From Wallemia ichthyophaga EXF-994 (lineage: Eukaryota; Fungi; Basidiomycota), in contig NW_008806284.1 in NCBI RefSeq assembly GCF_000400465.1, positions 82,001-144,000 on the forward strand: a stretch of 62,000 bases of DNA. The letters run 5' to 3'. The first letter of the stretch is position 1. Every line of letters begins with the position of its first letter. The translations under genes were made by a program, and so were the position numbers. Positions 48,277 through 62,000 of the stretch are shown here, piece after piece. The notes beneath the pieces are model-generated. The model made no database searches. It was not told where the DNA came from and worked only from the letters and a program-made list of their open reading frames with translations.

Positions 48277-49525
48277 TTAAATATTACTGTAGTCAATTGG
48301 CGTTTCGTGTTTCTTGTTGTCTTGTAATTTACGCGCAGCCTTAGCAAAGTCGTCTTGTCTTACGAAGTCTCTCTCATCACGAATAGCAACCATACCAGCT
48401 TCTGTGCAGACATTACGCAAATCGGCACCATTAAAGTTCTCACAGAGTTTAGCAACCGATTCAAAGTCGATTTCACCCTCTTTATTTATATCCTTAGCGT
48501 GAATTTTGAGAATTTCAGTTCTTCCAGTTGCATTTGCGAGAGGGATAAAGATCTTTCTATCCAAACGACCAGGACGCATAAGAGCAGGATCGAGAGTATC
48601 AGGTCTGTTTGTAGCCATGATAACTTTAGTTTTACCAAGATTATCGAAACCGTCTAGCTGGTTGAGTAGCTCCATTAAAGTTCTCTGTATTTCACGATCA
48701 GCGGATGTACCTTCACTAAACCTACGGCCACCGATAGCGTCAATTTCGTCCATGAAGATGATGCAAGGCTCGTGCTCCTTGGCGTAACCGAACATTTCCC
48801 TAATGACTCTGGCTGATTCACCGATGAACTTGTCAACGATGGCAGATGAGACGACTTTGAGGAAGTTGGTTTGGAGGGTAGCAGCACATGCGCGTGCGAT
48901 TAGAGTTTTACCTGTACCAGGAGGACCGTATAAGAGGACACCTTTAGGGGGATTGATGCCAACTCTAGAGAAGAGTTCAGGGTTGTTTAGGGGTAACTCG
49001 ATGACTTCTCTGAGTTCTCTGATTTGATCAGTTAAACCACCAATACCCGCGAAAGAAGCTTCACCAGGGTTTTCCATGGACATGTTATACACCATTGGAT
49101 CAACTTCACGTGGGAGTATTCTCATGATGGTGAGTGTGGTCATGTCGAGGGAAACTCTAACACCTTGTATGAGTTTTGATTGGTTGATTGTCGGTCTAGC
49201 GTGTACAACGTATCTAGGACCGGAAGAAGCTTTAACGATGAATCTCTCGCTGTCGAGTTGCTTAAGCACTTCACCAATAATCTGACCAACAGATTGCAAC
49301 GATTTCATGTCTTCCTCTGTTTGATTGAAAGAGCCATCCATGTCTTTGATATTCCTGCGTATATTCCTCAGCCTCTCACTCAATTGCTCATGTTCTGTGA
49401 TCTTTGAGCGATATTCCCTAAGTGCATCTGCGCTGTGTGTAAGATATTTACTCTATAAAAAATCAATAAACCAACCTTCCTGTGACATTTCCTTCAGTTT
49501 TTGGTGGTATTTGGTTGAGATGCAT
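48277..49525 (-). CDS. RPT4: 26S proteasome AAA ATPase subunit Rpt4/Sug2
   Basis: [21 protein letters not shown]; [10 protein letters not shown]; [15 protein letters not shown]; [29 protein letters not shown]. One 5' intron. Confidence 0.97.
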
Positions 49526-49696
49526 AGCCGCGTCATCAACGGATAAAAAGTTTGAAAAGATAATTACAATATTTAGTATACTTAATTTAAGTTTAATAAC
49601 TCATTGATATTTACATTTATTCTTTGATCCATCTCCCATCTCTAATCCACCTCTTGAACAACCACCACAACCACCAATTCCCTTGATTTATAAAAT

Positions 49697-52600
49697 ATGG
49701 CCGAGCGCCCCATCCAAGTGAGATTTATAATTTATATCTTATAATCCTGTCTTACGCGTTTAAGTTCTCTGAACATTTACAACTCACTGCTCTGGGTATC
49801 AACCCCGCCAGCATCAGCTTCCAGACACTAACCATGTCCTCTGACAAGTTCATCTGTGTCCGTGAAGGCGATGGTGGGGCAACTCCAAAGCAAGTCGTTA
49901 TCGTCGATCTCAACGACATCAACAACGTTATCAGAAGGCCTATATCTGCTGATTCTGCTATTATGCATCCAGATAGAAAACTCATCGCGTTAAAAGCAGG
50001 TAAACAGCTACAGCTTTTCAACCTTGAGCTTAAGCAGAAAGTCAAATCTCACCTCTCAAACGATGACGTCGTCTACTGGTCCTGGTTGAATCAATCCACT
50101 CTGGGTCTTGTCACTGATTCATCCGTTTTTCACTGGGATATCGATGCTATCGGTGAAAATGCCCCTGTCAAAGTTTTTGATCGTCATCCAAATCTCGCCG
50201 GTTCCCAAATTATCAACTATAGATCCACTGAAGATGGTAAATGGATGGCCCTCATTGGTATTGCCAGCAACTCCAACCCAGACGGCTTTCGCATCAAGGG
50301 CGCAATGCAGCTTTACTCACGTGATAGAGGCGTTTCTCAACCAATAGAAGGTCACGCTGCTGCCTTCTCTGAACTAAAACTCGATGGAAACGCAAACCCT
50401 TCGAAGCTCTTCGCTTTCGCTGTCCGTACTGGCTCAGGCGCCAAACTTCACATTGTCGAAATTGACTACCAAAGTGGTCAAACGCCATACACAAAGAAAG
50501 CTATCGATGTCTTTTTCCCCGCCGAAGCTGCAACGGATTTCCCCGTCGCAATGCAAATATCCAAGAAATACGGCATCATCTATTTGATTACAAAGTTTGG
50601 CTTTGTTCATCTCTATGATATCGAAAACGGTGCTTGCATCTACATGAATAGAATTTCTGGTGATACCGTCTTTGTCACTGCTGAACACGAAGCCACAGAT
50701 GGTTTGATTGGTGTAAATAGAAAGGGCCAAGTTTTATCCGTTTCAATTGACGAGAATACCGTAATTCCTTACATTCTTAGCACTCTCAATAACGTTGAGT
50801 TAGCATTCAAGCTCGCAAGTCGTGGAAACCTTCCAGGTGCTGATGACTTGTATTTGGCTCAATACCAGAATCTCATGGCTAACCAACAATACAATGATGC
50901 TGCCAAGATCGCTGCTAACTCTCCACGTGGCATTCTTCGTACCCCAACCACCATTGAACAATTCAAGTCTCTTCCAGCTGTACCAGGTCAATTATCGCCT
51001 ATACTTCAATACTTTGGTATCCTTTTGGAAAAGGGCGAGCTCAACAAGTTTGAATCACTTGAGCTTTCTCGTCCTGTTCTTCAGCAAGGTCGCAAGCAAC
51101 TCCTCGAAAAGTGGTTGAAAGAGAATAAATTGGAGTGTTCTGAGGAGCTTGGTGATATTGTCCGCTTGCACGACATGACTCTTGCTCTGTCAATTTACTT
51201 ACGCGCAAACATTCCGAACAAAGTTGTTGCAAGCTTTGCAGAGACTGGTCAATTCAACAAAATTCTCGTCTACTCTCAAAAAGTCAACTACACGCCAGAT
51301 TACGCTTTGTTGATGCAGCACATTGTCCGCGTCAACCCAGACCAAGCTGCCGAATTTGCCAGTCAAATTGTCAACGATGAGGCTGGTCCAAAAATTGACA
51401 TTGAGAGGGTGGTTGATGTTTTCCTTGGTCAAAATCTCATCCAGCAAGCTACTTCCTTCTTACTGGATGCTCTTAAGGAAAACAAGCCAGAGCAGGGTCA
51501 CTTACAGACTCGCTTGTTAGAGATTAATCTCATCAACGCTCCTCAAGTAGCCGATGCTATTCTTGGAAATGCCATGTTTACTCACTTTGATCACCCACGC
51601 ATCGCAAACTTGTGTGAAAAAGCTGGTTTACTTCAACGTGCATTGGAGTTATACCAAGATACCAATGACCTCAAGCGTGTTGTCGTACATACTCCATTGC
51701 TCAATCAAGAATGGCTCGTAAATTACTTCGGTCAATTGACCGTTGATCAGACCTTTGCTTGTTTGAATGAAATGCTAAAGGTGAACATCAGACAAACGCT
51801 TCCAATGGTTGTTCAAATTGCTACAAAGTACAGCGAACTGCTTGGATCTCACAAGCTCATCGAGTTGTTTGAAAATTTCAAGACATTTGAAGGTCTTTAC
51901 TACTTCCTCGGATCAGTTGTTAACTTAAGTGAAGACTCTGAAGTTCACTTCAAGTATATTCAAGCTGCTACTCGTACCGGTCAAATTCGTGAAGTTGAGA
52001 GAATTGTTCGTGAATCCAACTTTTACAATCCAGAAAAAGTCAAAAACTTCCTGAAAGAAGTTAAGCTTCCTGATCAGCTTCCTCTTATCATCGTTTGTGA
52101 CAGATATGACTACGTCCACGATCTCGTTCTCTATCTCTTCCAAAACGGACTCACACAGTTCATTTCTACATATGTACAGCAAGTCAACTCAGCTCGTTTA
52201 CCTCAAGTTGTAGGTGGATTGTTAGATGTTGATTGTGATGAGCAAACCATCAAAAACTTGCTCTCATCTGTCTATGGGTTGTTCGATGTCAACGAGCTCG
52301 TTGATGAAGTTGAAAAGCGTAACCGCCTTAAATTGATCCTTCCTTGGCTTGAAGGACGCATCAACGCTGGTCAGGAAGATGCTGCTATTTACAATGCTTT
52401 GGCCAAGATCTACATTGACAGCAACAACAATCCAGAGCATTTCTTGAAAGAGAACAACATTTATGAACCACTCGTTGTTGGCAAATATTGTGAGAAGCGT
52501 GATCCATACCTCGCTTTCATTGCCTTCGCTAAGGGATTCTGCGATGACGAGTTGATTGCTATCACTAATGAAAATGGCATGTACAAGCACCAAGCACGCT

Positions 52601-55030
52601 ATCTCGTCAAGCGTCGTGATCTCGATCTTTGGGCTCAAGTTCTGAACGATGTCAACGAACACCGTCGTTTACTCATCGACCAAATATCGGCAGTTGCTAT
52701 TCCAGAATCGCAAAACCCAGATGATGTTTCTGTTGCAGTGAAGGCATTTATGACCGCTGGTCTGCAGCAAGAGCTCGTTGATATTCTCGAAAAAATCATT
52801 CTCAACCCAACTTCATTCAGCGACAACGGTAGCTTGCAGAACTTGCTCTTGTTAACTGCAATCAGAAGTGATCAAGGTAGAGTGATGAACTACATCAACA
52901 AGCTTCACAACTACGACTTTAACGAGATTGCCAAGATTGCGATTGACAATGACTTGCACGAAGAGGCTTTCACAGTATACAAGAAGCACGAAGCTCATCT
53001 CGAAGCACTTATCGTTCTCGTAGAGCATATCGTCTCTATCGACCGTGCCTTTGACTACACGAAAAAGATTAACGAGCCACCTCTCTGGGCTCGTCTTGCC
53101 AAAGCTCAACTCGACGGTTTAAGAATTACAGATGCGATTGAGTCTTACATCAAGGCGAACGATCCATCCAACTTTGTGGAAGTTATTGAGATGTCAGAGC
53201 GTGCTGAGAAGCATGAGGACTTGGTCAGATATTTACAAATGGCACGTAACACAGCTCGCGAGCCAAAGATTGACTCTACTCTTGTCTACTGTCTTTGCAA
53301 GACGGACAGACTTCAAGACGCCGAAGACTTCCTCCACATGACCAATGTTGCTGACGTACTTGAAGTCGGTGAGAAGTGTTTCAACGACGGTCTTTACTTG
53401 GCAGCCAAGGTTCTCTTCACCTCTATCTCCAATTACGCTAGATTGGCGACGACACTCATTTACCTCGAAGACAACCAAGCTGCAGTTGAGTGCGCTCGTA
53501 AGGCGGGCAATACACAAGTGTGGAAGCAGGTCTGTCTTGCTTGTGTTGATAAGGAAGACTTCAAATTGGCTAAGATTTGTGGTCTTAATTTGATTGTTCA
53601 CCCAGAAGAGCTCCAAGCTATCATTTCACTTTACGAGTCTCGCGGGTTATTCCAAGAAATGCTCGATCTCTTTGAGGCTGGTCTTGGTCTCGAGCGTGCC
53701 CACATGGGTCTCTTCACCGAGACTGCCATTGCATACGCTAAATATCAACCAGAGAGCATGTTTGAGCATCTGAAGTGGGTGCTATTTTCACTCTCGCGCT
53801 CAACTGACAATTATTGCAGGCTTTACGGCTCTCGTCTCAATATTCCTAAGGTCATCAAGTCCGCTAAAGAAGGACACCTCTGGTGGGTAATAAGTTACTA
53901 TTTAATGATATAACTAATTAGCAAACAGGAGAGAGCTTGTTTATCTTTACATTGCGTACGCTGAGTGGGATAACGCTGCACTCAACACTATCGAGCACAG
54001 CGCTGATGCATGGGACCACCAACAGTTCCGTGATGTACTCAGCAAGGTTGCAAATGCTGAGATATTCTACAAAGCACTTTCATTTTATCAGGAGCAGCAC
54101 CCAACGCTTCTGACAGACCTTTTAACAGCTCTCATTTCACGTATCGATCACTCGAGAGTAGTGTCAATGTTTAGACAATCAGACAACTTGCCATTGGTAC
54201 GAGCATACTTGATTGCAGTGCAGAACTTGGATGTTGCAGCTGTTAATGAGGCTGTTCATGATTTGTTGATTGAAGAGGAAGACTACCAGACGCTATTGGA
54301 TGTTATTGATCAATACCAAAGCTTCGATCAGCTTGGTTTAGCTGCAAGATTGGAACAGCATGAGCTGTTAGCTTTTAGAAGAATAGCAGCACATCTTTAC
54401 AAAGTCAACAAAAAGTACGAAGAATCTATCAACCTCTCTAAGAGCGATAAGCTTTACGTCGATGCTATACAGACCGCATCTACAAGTGAAGATGTTCAGG
54501 TATCAGAAGATTTATTGACTTATTGGGTTGATATTGGCAACAAAGAACTCTTCACCGCTCACTTATACCTTTGCTTTAAGCTGGTGAGACCGGATATCGT
54601 CGAGGAGTTGGCGTGGTTCAATGGACTCGAAGACTTTGCTAAACCATATCAATTTGAGTTGAGGAGACAGACTCAAGATCGTATCAAAGCACTTGAGAAA
54701 AAGGTCCAAGAGCAGGCTACTAAGTCTGCCAAGAAGGAGGAAGATGAAGATTCACAGCCAATTATGGGACCAGGATTTAATGTGAGTTTGCGTGACTGCT
54801 ACGGTGGATTCTCTGACAAAACGCATTAGCAAACGCTCATGATTGGTGGTCCATCAGGATGGAATGGTGCTAACGGGGTGACTCCTCAACAAACAGGTCT
54901 GATGCCTCAAGGTACTGGCATGATGCCACAGGGCACCGGTATGATGCCTCAAGCGACTGGATATCAAGGAGGTGTAAGTGGTGATAGTGTTGTGTGTCTT
55001 AGCTGACGGTGATCATAGTTTGGATACTAA
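49697..55030 (+). CDS. CHC1: Clathrin heavy chain
   Basis: MAERPIQ start; [13 protein letters not shown]; CHCR repeats ([31 protein letters not shown]). Several short introns; terminal exon FGY*. Confidence 0.98.
54881..54973 (+). repeat. Imperfect 21-nt tandem repeat encoding (M/L)xPQxTG x4 in the CHC1 tail
   Basis: [27 protein letters not shown] read directly from the sequence. Confidence 0.8.
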
Positions 55031-55318
55031 AATGACTACAAAAGCTGATTTTTACTGAACTACTAAACAATATGTAAAATACATAACATCATTTCTGTTT
55101 CATCCGTGTGTCCGTCTCGTGAATGAAATGAAAATCGCAGGCCTGTGCGCCAAAAAAGGGTTGTGCAGCTGCAGGGCAAGAAAGAGAGGGCAGTATTCGA
55201 TAACTAGCTGCATCAATCAAACACCTTTCTCATTGTAACTTCTTGTGTATTATTCCACCCGCGTTACTCCGATTGAGCTGTGAACTGACTTTCTTCGTAA
55301 CCACCATCACCATCACTT

Positions 55319-58300
55319 ATGAGTGAATACAGTTTAGGCGTCCGCGTGTGAGGTGTACAGCAGCAGCACAGTTCTTTCTAACGGCGAGCAGGTGGATCGC
55401 AGACAAAGCAGAGGGATGGATTGGTGCTGAAGTCACTGCCCGCACTGAGGACGCGCTTACCTTTGTGGATGAAAGGGGCAACGTAAGATTCATATGTTGT
55501 ATCTCTCTAGCCGCCCCTAACTACCGGTCCCCAGGAAATCACAAAGAAAACGTCAGACAAGGACCTTCCTTTGTTACGAAACCCCGTTTTACTTGAAGGT
55601 ACAGACGATCTTGTCAATTTGTCATATCTGAATGAGGTGAGCTGTCTTTACTGGATGTTTTCAATCTCGCTCACCCCTCTGACAGCCAGCTGTCCTCTAT
55701 TCTATTAAGCGTCGCTACGCTCAACACTCCATTTATACCTACTCTGGAATCGTCCTTATAGCCGTGAATCCTTTCGCAAAGTTATCCGTTTATGGCCCTG
55801 CTATTATGCAGGCTTACTCTACGCGCAGGCGCGGTGAGCTGGAACCTCATATTTACGCTATAGCCCAAGATGCTCATGCATCCATGACAAGAGACAATAA
55901 AAATCAAACTATGGTTGTCTCTGGTGAATCTGGCGCTGGTAAAACCGTATCCGCTAGGCATATAATGCAATACCTCGCCTTCTTAGGCCAAGACGGTCCA
56001 GGCGGTGCTTCAAGTGGCACTGATGCTAGTATTCTCGCTACCAATCCTGTCATGGAAGCTTTCGGTAACGCCAAAACCATCCGTAATAACAACTCAAGTA
56101 GATTCGGTAGATACCTCAAAATCCTTTTCGATAATCAATGTAACATTATCGGAGCTCAAACTAGCATATACCTTCTCGAGAGGTCTCGATTAATATTTCA
56201 GCCTGAAGGTGAAAGAAATTATCACATCTTCCATCAGCTCTGCGCAGGTGTGCCACCTAAAGAGAGAGCTGAGCTACGTTTGGGTGCAAGCAGTGATTTC
56301 CATTACCTTAATCAAGGCGGTTCTGCTTTAATCCCAGGCGTGGATGACGCCGCTGAATTTGAAATAACACAAAAAGCCCTGTCTACTCTTGGTATTGGCG
56401 TTGAGAAGCAGTGGAATATCTTCAAACTTCTCGCTGCTCTCCTTCACCTCGGCAACGTCAAGATTGGCCAGACAAGAACAGATGCAACTCTTAGCGAAGA
56501 AGATGAAGCATTCCAAATCGCAACTGAATTCTTGGGTATTAGTCTTTCTGACTTTAAGAAGTGGACTGTTAAAAAACAGATTATTACACGTGGAGAGTCT
56601 ATTGTTAGTTCACTCAATGCCGCTCAAGCGAGCGTTGTCAGAGATTCTGTTGCTAAATATATCTACGCCTGTCTCTTTGATTGGCTGGTTGCTGTCCTCA
56701 ATGAAGCTTTGTACAAGAAAGAAGACTCTTCTAGGTTTAACAGCTTCATCGGTGTCTTGGATATTTATGGTTTCGAGCATTTCAAGCGCAACTCTTTCGA
56801 ACAGTTTTGCATCAATTATGCTAATGAGAAGTTGCAACAAGAGGTGGGTATTAGTAATTTTGCATGATGTTTTGCTAATTTGGCATTAGTTCAACGCGCA
56901 TGTCTTCAAACTTGAGCAAGATGAGTATATCAAGGAGGAGATACATTGGGAATTCATATCATTTTCTGATAATAGACCAACCATCGACATGATTGAAGGA
57001 AAACTTGGGATTCTTTCACTCTTAGATGAGGAGTCTAGGATGCCATCTGGAACCGATCAAAACTTCCTCGAGAAACTCCACACACAACTCACCAAACCAG
57101 AATACAAAGACATTTACAAGAAGCCAAGATTTGGTAATACTGCATTCACTGTTGCGCACTATGCCCACGATGTTGCCTACGAAGCTGAAGGTTTCCTTGA
57201 GAAAAACCGGGACACTGTACCAGACGAGCACCTTCAACTTCTTGGTAGTTCATCAAATGAGTTCCTTCGCGAGGTCATCGAGATTGCTGTTGCATCAAAC
57301 GCAGCGGCTACTCCACCTACATCTACCGCGGCTAACAACGTAGCAGTTGGCCGCCGACAAAACCTCAAGAAGCCAACACTTGGATCTATCTTCAAGAGCT
57401 CTTTGATCTCGCTGATGGAAACTATCAACGACACCAATGCACATTACATCCGCTGTATAAAGCCAAACGAGCACAAAAAAGCCTGGGATATAGATTCACA
57501 GCAAGTCTTGTCTCAACTTCGTGCGTGTGGTGTTCTCGAGACAATCAAGATATCGAGTGCAGGTTATCCGACAAGATGGTCGTATGCAGAGTTTACTGAT
57601 CGTTACTACCCACTTGTTAGCTCAGATCACTGGATGGGTGATATGAAAGGTCTATGCCTTCAAATTCTGCAAGATAACATTAAGGATGAAGACAAATACC
57701 AAATTGGTCTTTCTAAGATATTCTTCAGAGCTGGAATGTTGGCCTATCTGGAGAAGTTACGTGCTGATCGTCTCAATGCTCTTGTCACTCTGATACAGAA
57801 GAATATCCTGAGATTTTTACATGTCAAATATTACAAAAAGATTCGTAACGCCACGCTTACTATCCAAACCTGGTGGAGAAGAGCTCTGGCTATTAGATAC
57901 GTCGAGAAGCTTCGTCGTGATACCATCATCTTTAGATTACAAAGCGCTGGTCGTAGGAAGTTGGCTGTGGGCAAGTTCCAAGCAGCTCGCAAGATAGTTA
58001 TTCTTAGTCAAGCTCGTAAGTGATTAACCATGCGAACAAAAGACTTTCTGACCATTTAACTAGACATTCGTGGTATGCAAGCAAGAGTTGGATTTGTAGA
58101 CTTCAAGTACAGATCATCTGCACTCACATTGCAGCGCGTTGCACGTGGAGTGTGAGTGGAGCTTATTTGTTTTCTTTTTACATTCCCAGCTAATTATATA
58201 ACAGTATCGTACGTCGTGAACATGATAAGTCGCTTCGGGGTATAATTCACTTGCAAGCTTGCTACAGACGTATACTTGCTCGTAAAGAGTTCAAGCAGCT

Positions 58301-60365
58301 CAAGAGCGAAGCACGCTCTGTTGCACACATCCAAGAAGTCTCCTACAAACTTGAAAACAAGGTCGTCGAACTCACTCAAAATCTTCAAAAGACTCGTGAG
58401 GAGAAAAAGGATCTCACACGCCGTTGCAATCAACTTGAGAAGCAACTTGGAAATATGCAAAATCGTCACGAGGACAGCGATCAGCGTTTGAAGGAGATGA
58501 TGAATGAGTTGGCTAAGCCTACTGTGGGATTATCTGACTTCAATGAACTTGAATTATTTAAGCGTGATCTTCAAACTCAAGTTTCGACACTCAAAATCGA
58601 TGTCCAGGAACGTGATAAACAAATTAGACAACATAAGGACGAGTTGACCCATCAAGCACAAGAGATCGACAGTAAGAGTGCACAAGCAGCAGAATCTGCT
58701 GCTCGTGCAGCTGACGAAACAATCGTAAATCAACTTAAGACTGAGATTGTTAGTCTTAAGGACCAGCTTCATCGTGCAAACACTCTTAATGCACTAGAGC
58801 ATGGAAGTGCGAAATCGAAACAGATCACCGCACCAACGTTCTCAATGCATCTCGGCAAATCTAATGAGAACGTTGCTGCACTTGTGAATGGTGCCAACAG
58901 TCCTACAGTCGAGGGTAATCCTTCTGATGCACTCGAAGCTCTTGGTTTACCTCCAAACAAACGTCGTCAACGTAGACACTCAGCTAATGGCGCTTTCTTG
59001 GAGCAGAACGGAGAAGGACGGGATTCATCAGATGAAGCACTTTCTGCTGGTAAACGCAATGAGGCCACCCCACGTGCTGTGTCGGTTGCATACCCGTCAG
59101 CTGAGACTGCTAACAAGCTGAAGGGTTTGAACGGACGTGCATATTTCCCAGAAGTGCTTGACGATCCATCTGAAGAGATGATCAAGTTGTTGGAGGATGA
59201 GCAGAGTATTGATGAAGACATATTGGTCACAATGATTCATGAACTCAAAGTACCCCTCCCAAGCTTGCAGAACCCACCTTCTGCCAAGGAAGTACTTTTC
59301 CCAGCCCACATAATGTCACTTGTCACCAACGAAATGTGGAAGTACTGTCTTATCATGGAGAGCGAGAGACTATTGGCAAACGTTATGCAAACAATCCAGC
59401 AGCATGTCATGAGCTTCCAAGGGGAGGATGCGATCGTACCAGGATTATTCTGGTTGTCTAACGTACACGAGGTATGGTCATTCGTGTGCGTGACTGAGGA
59501 TGATATGCTCCAGGGCATTGTTCCAGGTGGCGATGACCCAGACCGTCCGCTTGACTGGCCAGCTTATGAGCAACTCATCACTGTCGTCAAGCACGATCTC
59601 GAGAGTTTGGAGTACAACATTTACTTTGCATTTATGGAAGAAACCAAGAAAAAGTTGCGCAAGATGATTGTACCTGCGCTCATTGAATCACAATCACTAC
59701 CAGGCTTTATCACCTCCGACACTGGTGGTAGACTGTTCAACAGACTGCTGCAAGGCAACTCACACCCAGCCTTCAGCATGGATGACATACTAAACTTGCT
59801 CAACAAGGTATGGAAGTGTCTTAAATCATACCGCCTTGACGAGCCGGTCGTCCTGCAAGTAATGACTGAATTATTACGACTTATTGGAAACGTTGGCTTT
59901 AATGACCTGTTGATGAGACGCAATTTCAATTCATGGAAGCGTGCAATGCAAATTCAATACAACTTGACGAGGCTGGAGGAATGGTGCAAGAGTCACGATC
60001 TTCCAGAAGGCTGCTTGCACCTGGAGTACATGATGCAAGCCACCAAGCTTCTTCAACTGAAGAAAGCAACTACCCAAGACATGGAGATCATTTTCGACGT
60101 CTGTTGGATTCTGTCACCATCTCAGCTCCACAAGCTTATCACTGGCTACATGATCGCTGATTACGAAAGCCCACTGTCGCCGCACGTCCTGCAGACCGTC
60201 AGCGCTAGACTGTCCAGTGACAGAAATGATCATCTTTTACTTGCAGAAGAGGAAGGTTCGAACTTTGAGCTACCGCAGCCACGTCAAGTCATAGGATTAG
60301 ATCTTTACATTCCTGGAACGGTGAGCGTTCCTCACCTGCGCCGTATCGCCGGCTTGGCTGCTTAG
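55319..60365 (+). CDS. MYO2: Class V myosin
   Basis: P-loop GESGAGKT; EAFGNAKT; NYANEKLQQE; IQ motifs; coiled coil; DIL domain (FNDLLMRRNFNSWKRAMQIQYN). First intron 55348-55391. Confidence 0.97.
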
Positions 60366-60674
60366 AGATGTGGACAGTTTTTCACTTTGATTTCAATCTC
60401 ACTCCGTAACGATATGTGCATGTGCAAGAGGATTTGTGTTTAAAATACTATGAATTCAAATAATTTTCTGATTTATTTCGTTTTTGTGAGGAGTGTCGGT
60501 GTGCGAATGTTGAGGCTGAAGAAGATTTTCAAGTCGCAGCACTTCGGATCATATCAAGTAGATTTCCTTATTAGTGATTGAAACTTTAGTTGAGGAAGTG
60601 CACCCCACCCTCTAAAATATTTATGTCTTAATAAAGTCATCATAATAACATCAAAATTACAAAATACAATATCT

Positions 60675-62000
60675 TTATTCACCCTTAACGAGTTGAGGCA
60701 GCTTACCCAAATCCTCATGATCAGCTCCAGTTTCATTGGCATACTTCTCCATATTCCTACCCTCATGCAGCCAATTCGTGCCGTAGAGGTGAGCGACAGT
60801 GGATGCGTGTGACTGTGGCGAGTAGTGCGCGACTTCTTTAATAGCCCTATCCGCAACTTGGAATCTGGATACCTTGTTCCAGTGAAGCATCAACCAAGGT
60901 GTAGTTGTGGTGCCGTTCTCCTTGTAAGAATCAATTGAGAATCGTCCCCTGTTAAGTGAGTGTTCTCTCTGGAACAGAAGAGAGGAAACTTGTAAAGCAT
61001 AACCGTGGTAACTGATCAACACTGGCTTTTCTTTGGTAAAGAGACTGTTGAATGAGTTTTCATCTAATGCGTGTGGATGATCTTGCTTGTTTCCAGCCAA
61101 AATCATAAGGTCGTAAATGTTCACCACCCTTACTCTCACTCCAGAGTTTCTCAAAAGCACACTCGCAGCTAACACTTCGAATGTAACCTCTGTACCGATA
61201 CCGACGAGTACGACTTCTGGATCAACACCTTGGTCTGTTGAGTACTCCTTCCAAACACTAGCACCGGCAATACAATGCTTTTCGGCTTGGTCTGCGGACA
61301 TCAATACAGGTCCGGGTTGCTTGCTGCCGACAATCTGCACGACTCGTTAGTTAGTTGATCGCAACAATCTTCCGTACGCACCAAGTTGAGGTAATTTTTT
61401 GACCTCAAGCAGTGAGCGATGCATGAAAGCGTAGTATTGACGTCTATTGGGAAGTAGATTCTCGAAAGGTGCGCAGGGAAAGTCTGGAAGGTGGATATTA
61501 ATCCAGGCGCTTGGTGTGAGTAACCGTTGTGTTCTTGTCTCCATAAGGTACTCGTCGCAATGTAGTTAAGCGAGCTGACATCACCTCTGAACTGTACCTC
61601 TTTGCACGACTTGATAAATTTGGAATACTGAGTCATCATCGTGGCTGCAATGCCTAGGAAGGCTTCATACGAAGGGAATAAACCTGTGCGGCCTGTGAGA
61701 GTGTATCCTTGCAAGAAGCCTTGAAGTGTGTGTTCTGAGAGCATCTCAATTACTCTGCCTCCCTTGTGTGCACTTTCAGGGTCCCATTGGAAGTCACGGC
61801 TAGTGACGTCGAAAACTTTGTGCAGCTTGTTCGACTCCAGCTCATCAGGACTGAACATTCTAAATGTTTCTGGATTTTGCTTCATGACATCGGCAAGGAA
61901 CTCGCCTGTAGCAATCATTGGCGAGTATGTTTCACCTTGACTCTTAGTGTGATTCTTCCATTGAGGAACATTGAGCGATTGATGTGCGTCGTAAGTTTCT
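60675..62000 (-). CDS. Xylulose-5-P/fructose-6-P phosphoketolase (5' part beyond the window)
   Basis: FSPDELESNKL; RVIEMLSEHTLQGFLQGYTLTGRTGLFPSYEAF; WRQEHNGYSHQ; XFP_C segment YKENGTTTTP. Confidence 0.95.

Noticed and set aside
55319-60365. MYO2 as a marker of a Cryptococcus-like MAT locus
   Set aside because: No STE3, pheromone, HD, STE20 or STE12 gene is present in the window.

Overview
Eukaryotic (fungal) genomic DNA from a very compact basidiomycete-type genome. Introns are mostly 44-57 nt with GT-AG ends and CTRAY-like branch points, and intergenic gaps are mostly under 200 bp. This organisation suggests a Wallemia-like genome (inference, not verified). About 22 recognisable conserved genes are present, including CDC48, EBP2, PHO13-like, PTC6-like, AFG2, RPS11, PPIL2, ESF1, CWF19L1/DRN1, FMP52, an SDS3-like gene, UTP22, RPT4, CHC1, MYO2 and a partial phosphoketolase. 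No rRNA, tRNA, CRISPR array or recognisable transposase was found. The anomaly is a ~7.8 kb block (21.9-29.7 kb) of head-to-tail, all-minus-strand orphan reading frames between PPIL2 and a KH-domain gene. Two look like intact spliced genes. Four are long frames that keep their phase but carry many in-frame stops, each one C->T step from CAA/CAG/CGA, which suggests targeted hypermutation or decay of an unknown element or gene cluster. Manual splicing also revealed a hidden 5-exon 87-aa gene absent from the ORF track, an intron-split UIM, a GC-AG intron, divergent start codons only 18 bp apart, and a tandemly duplicated orphan ORF.
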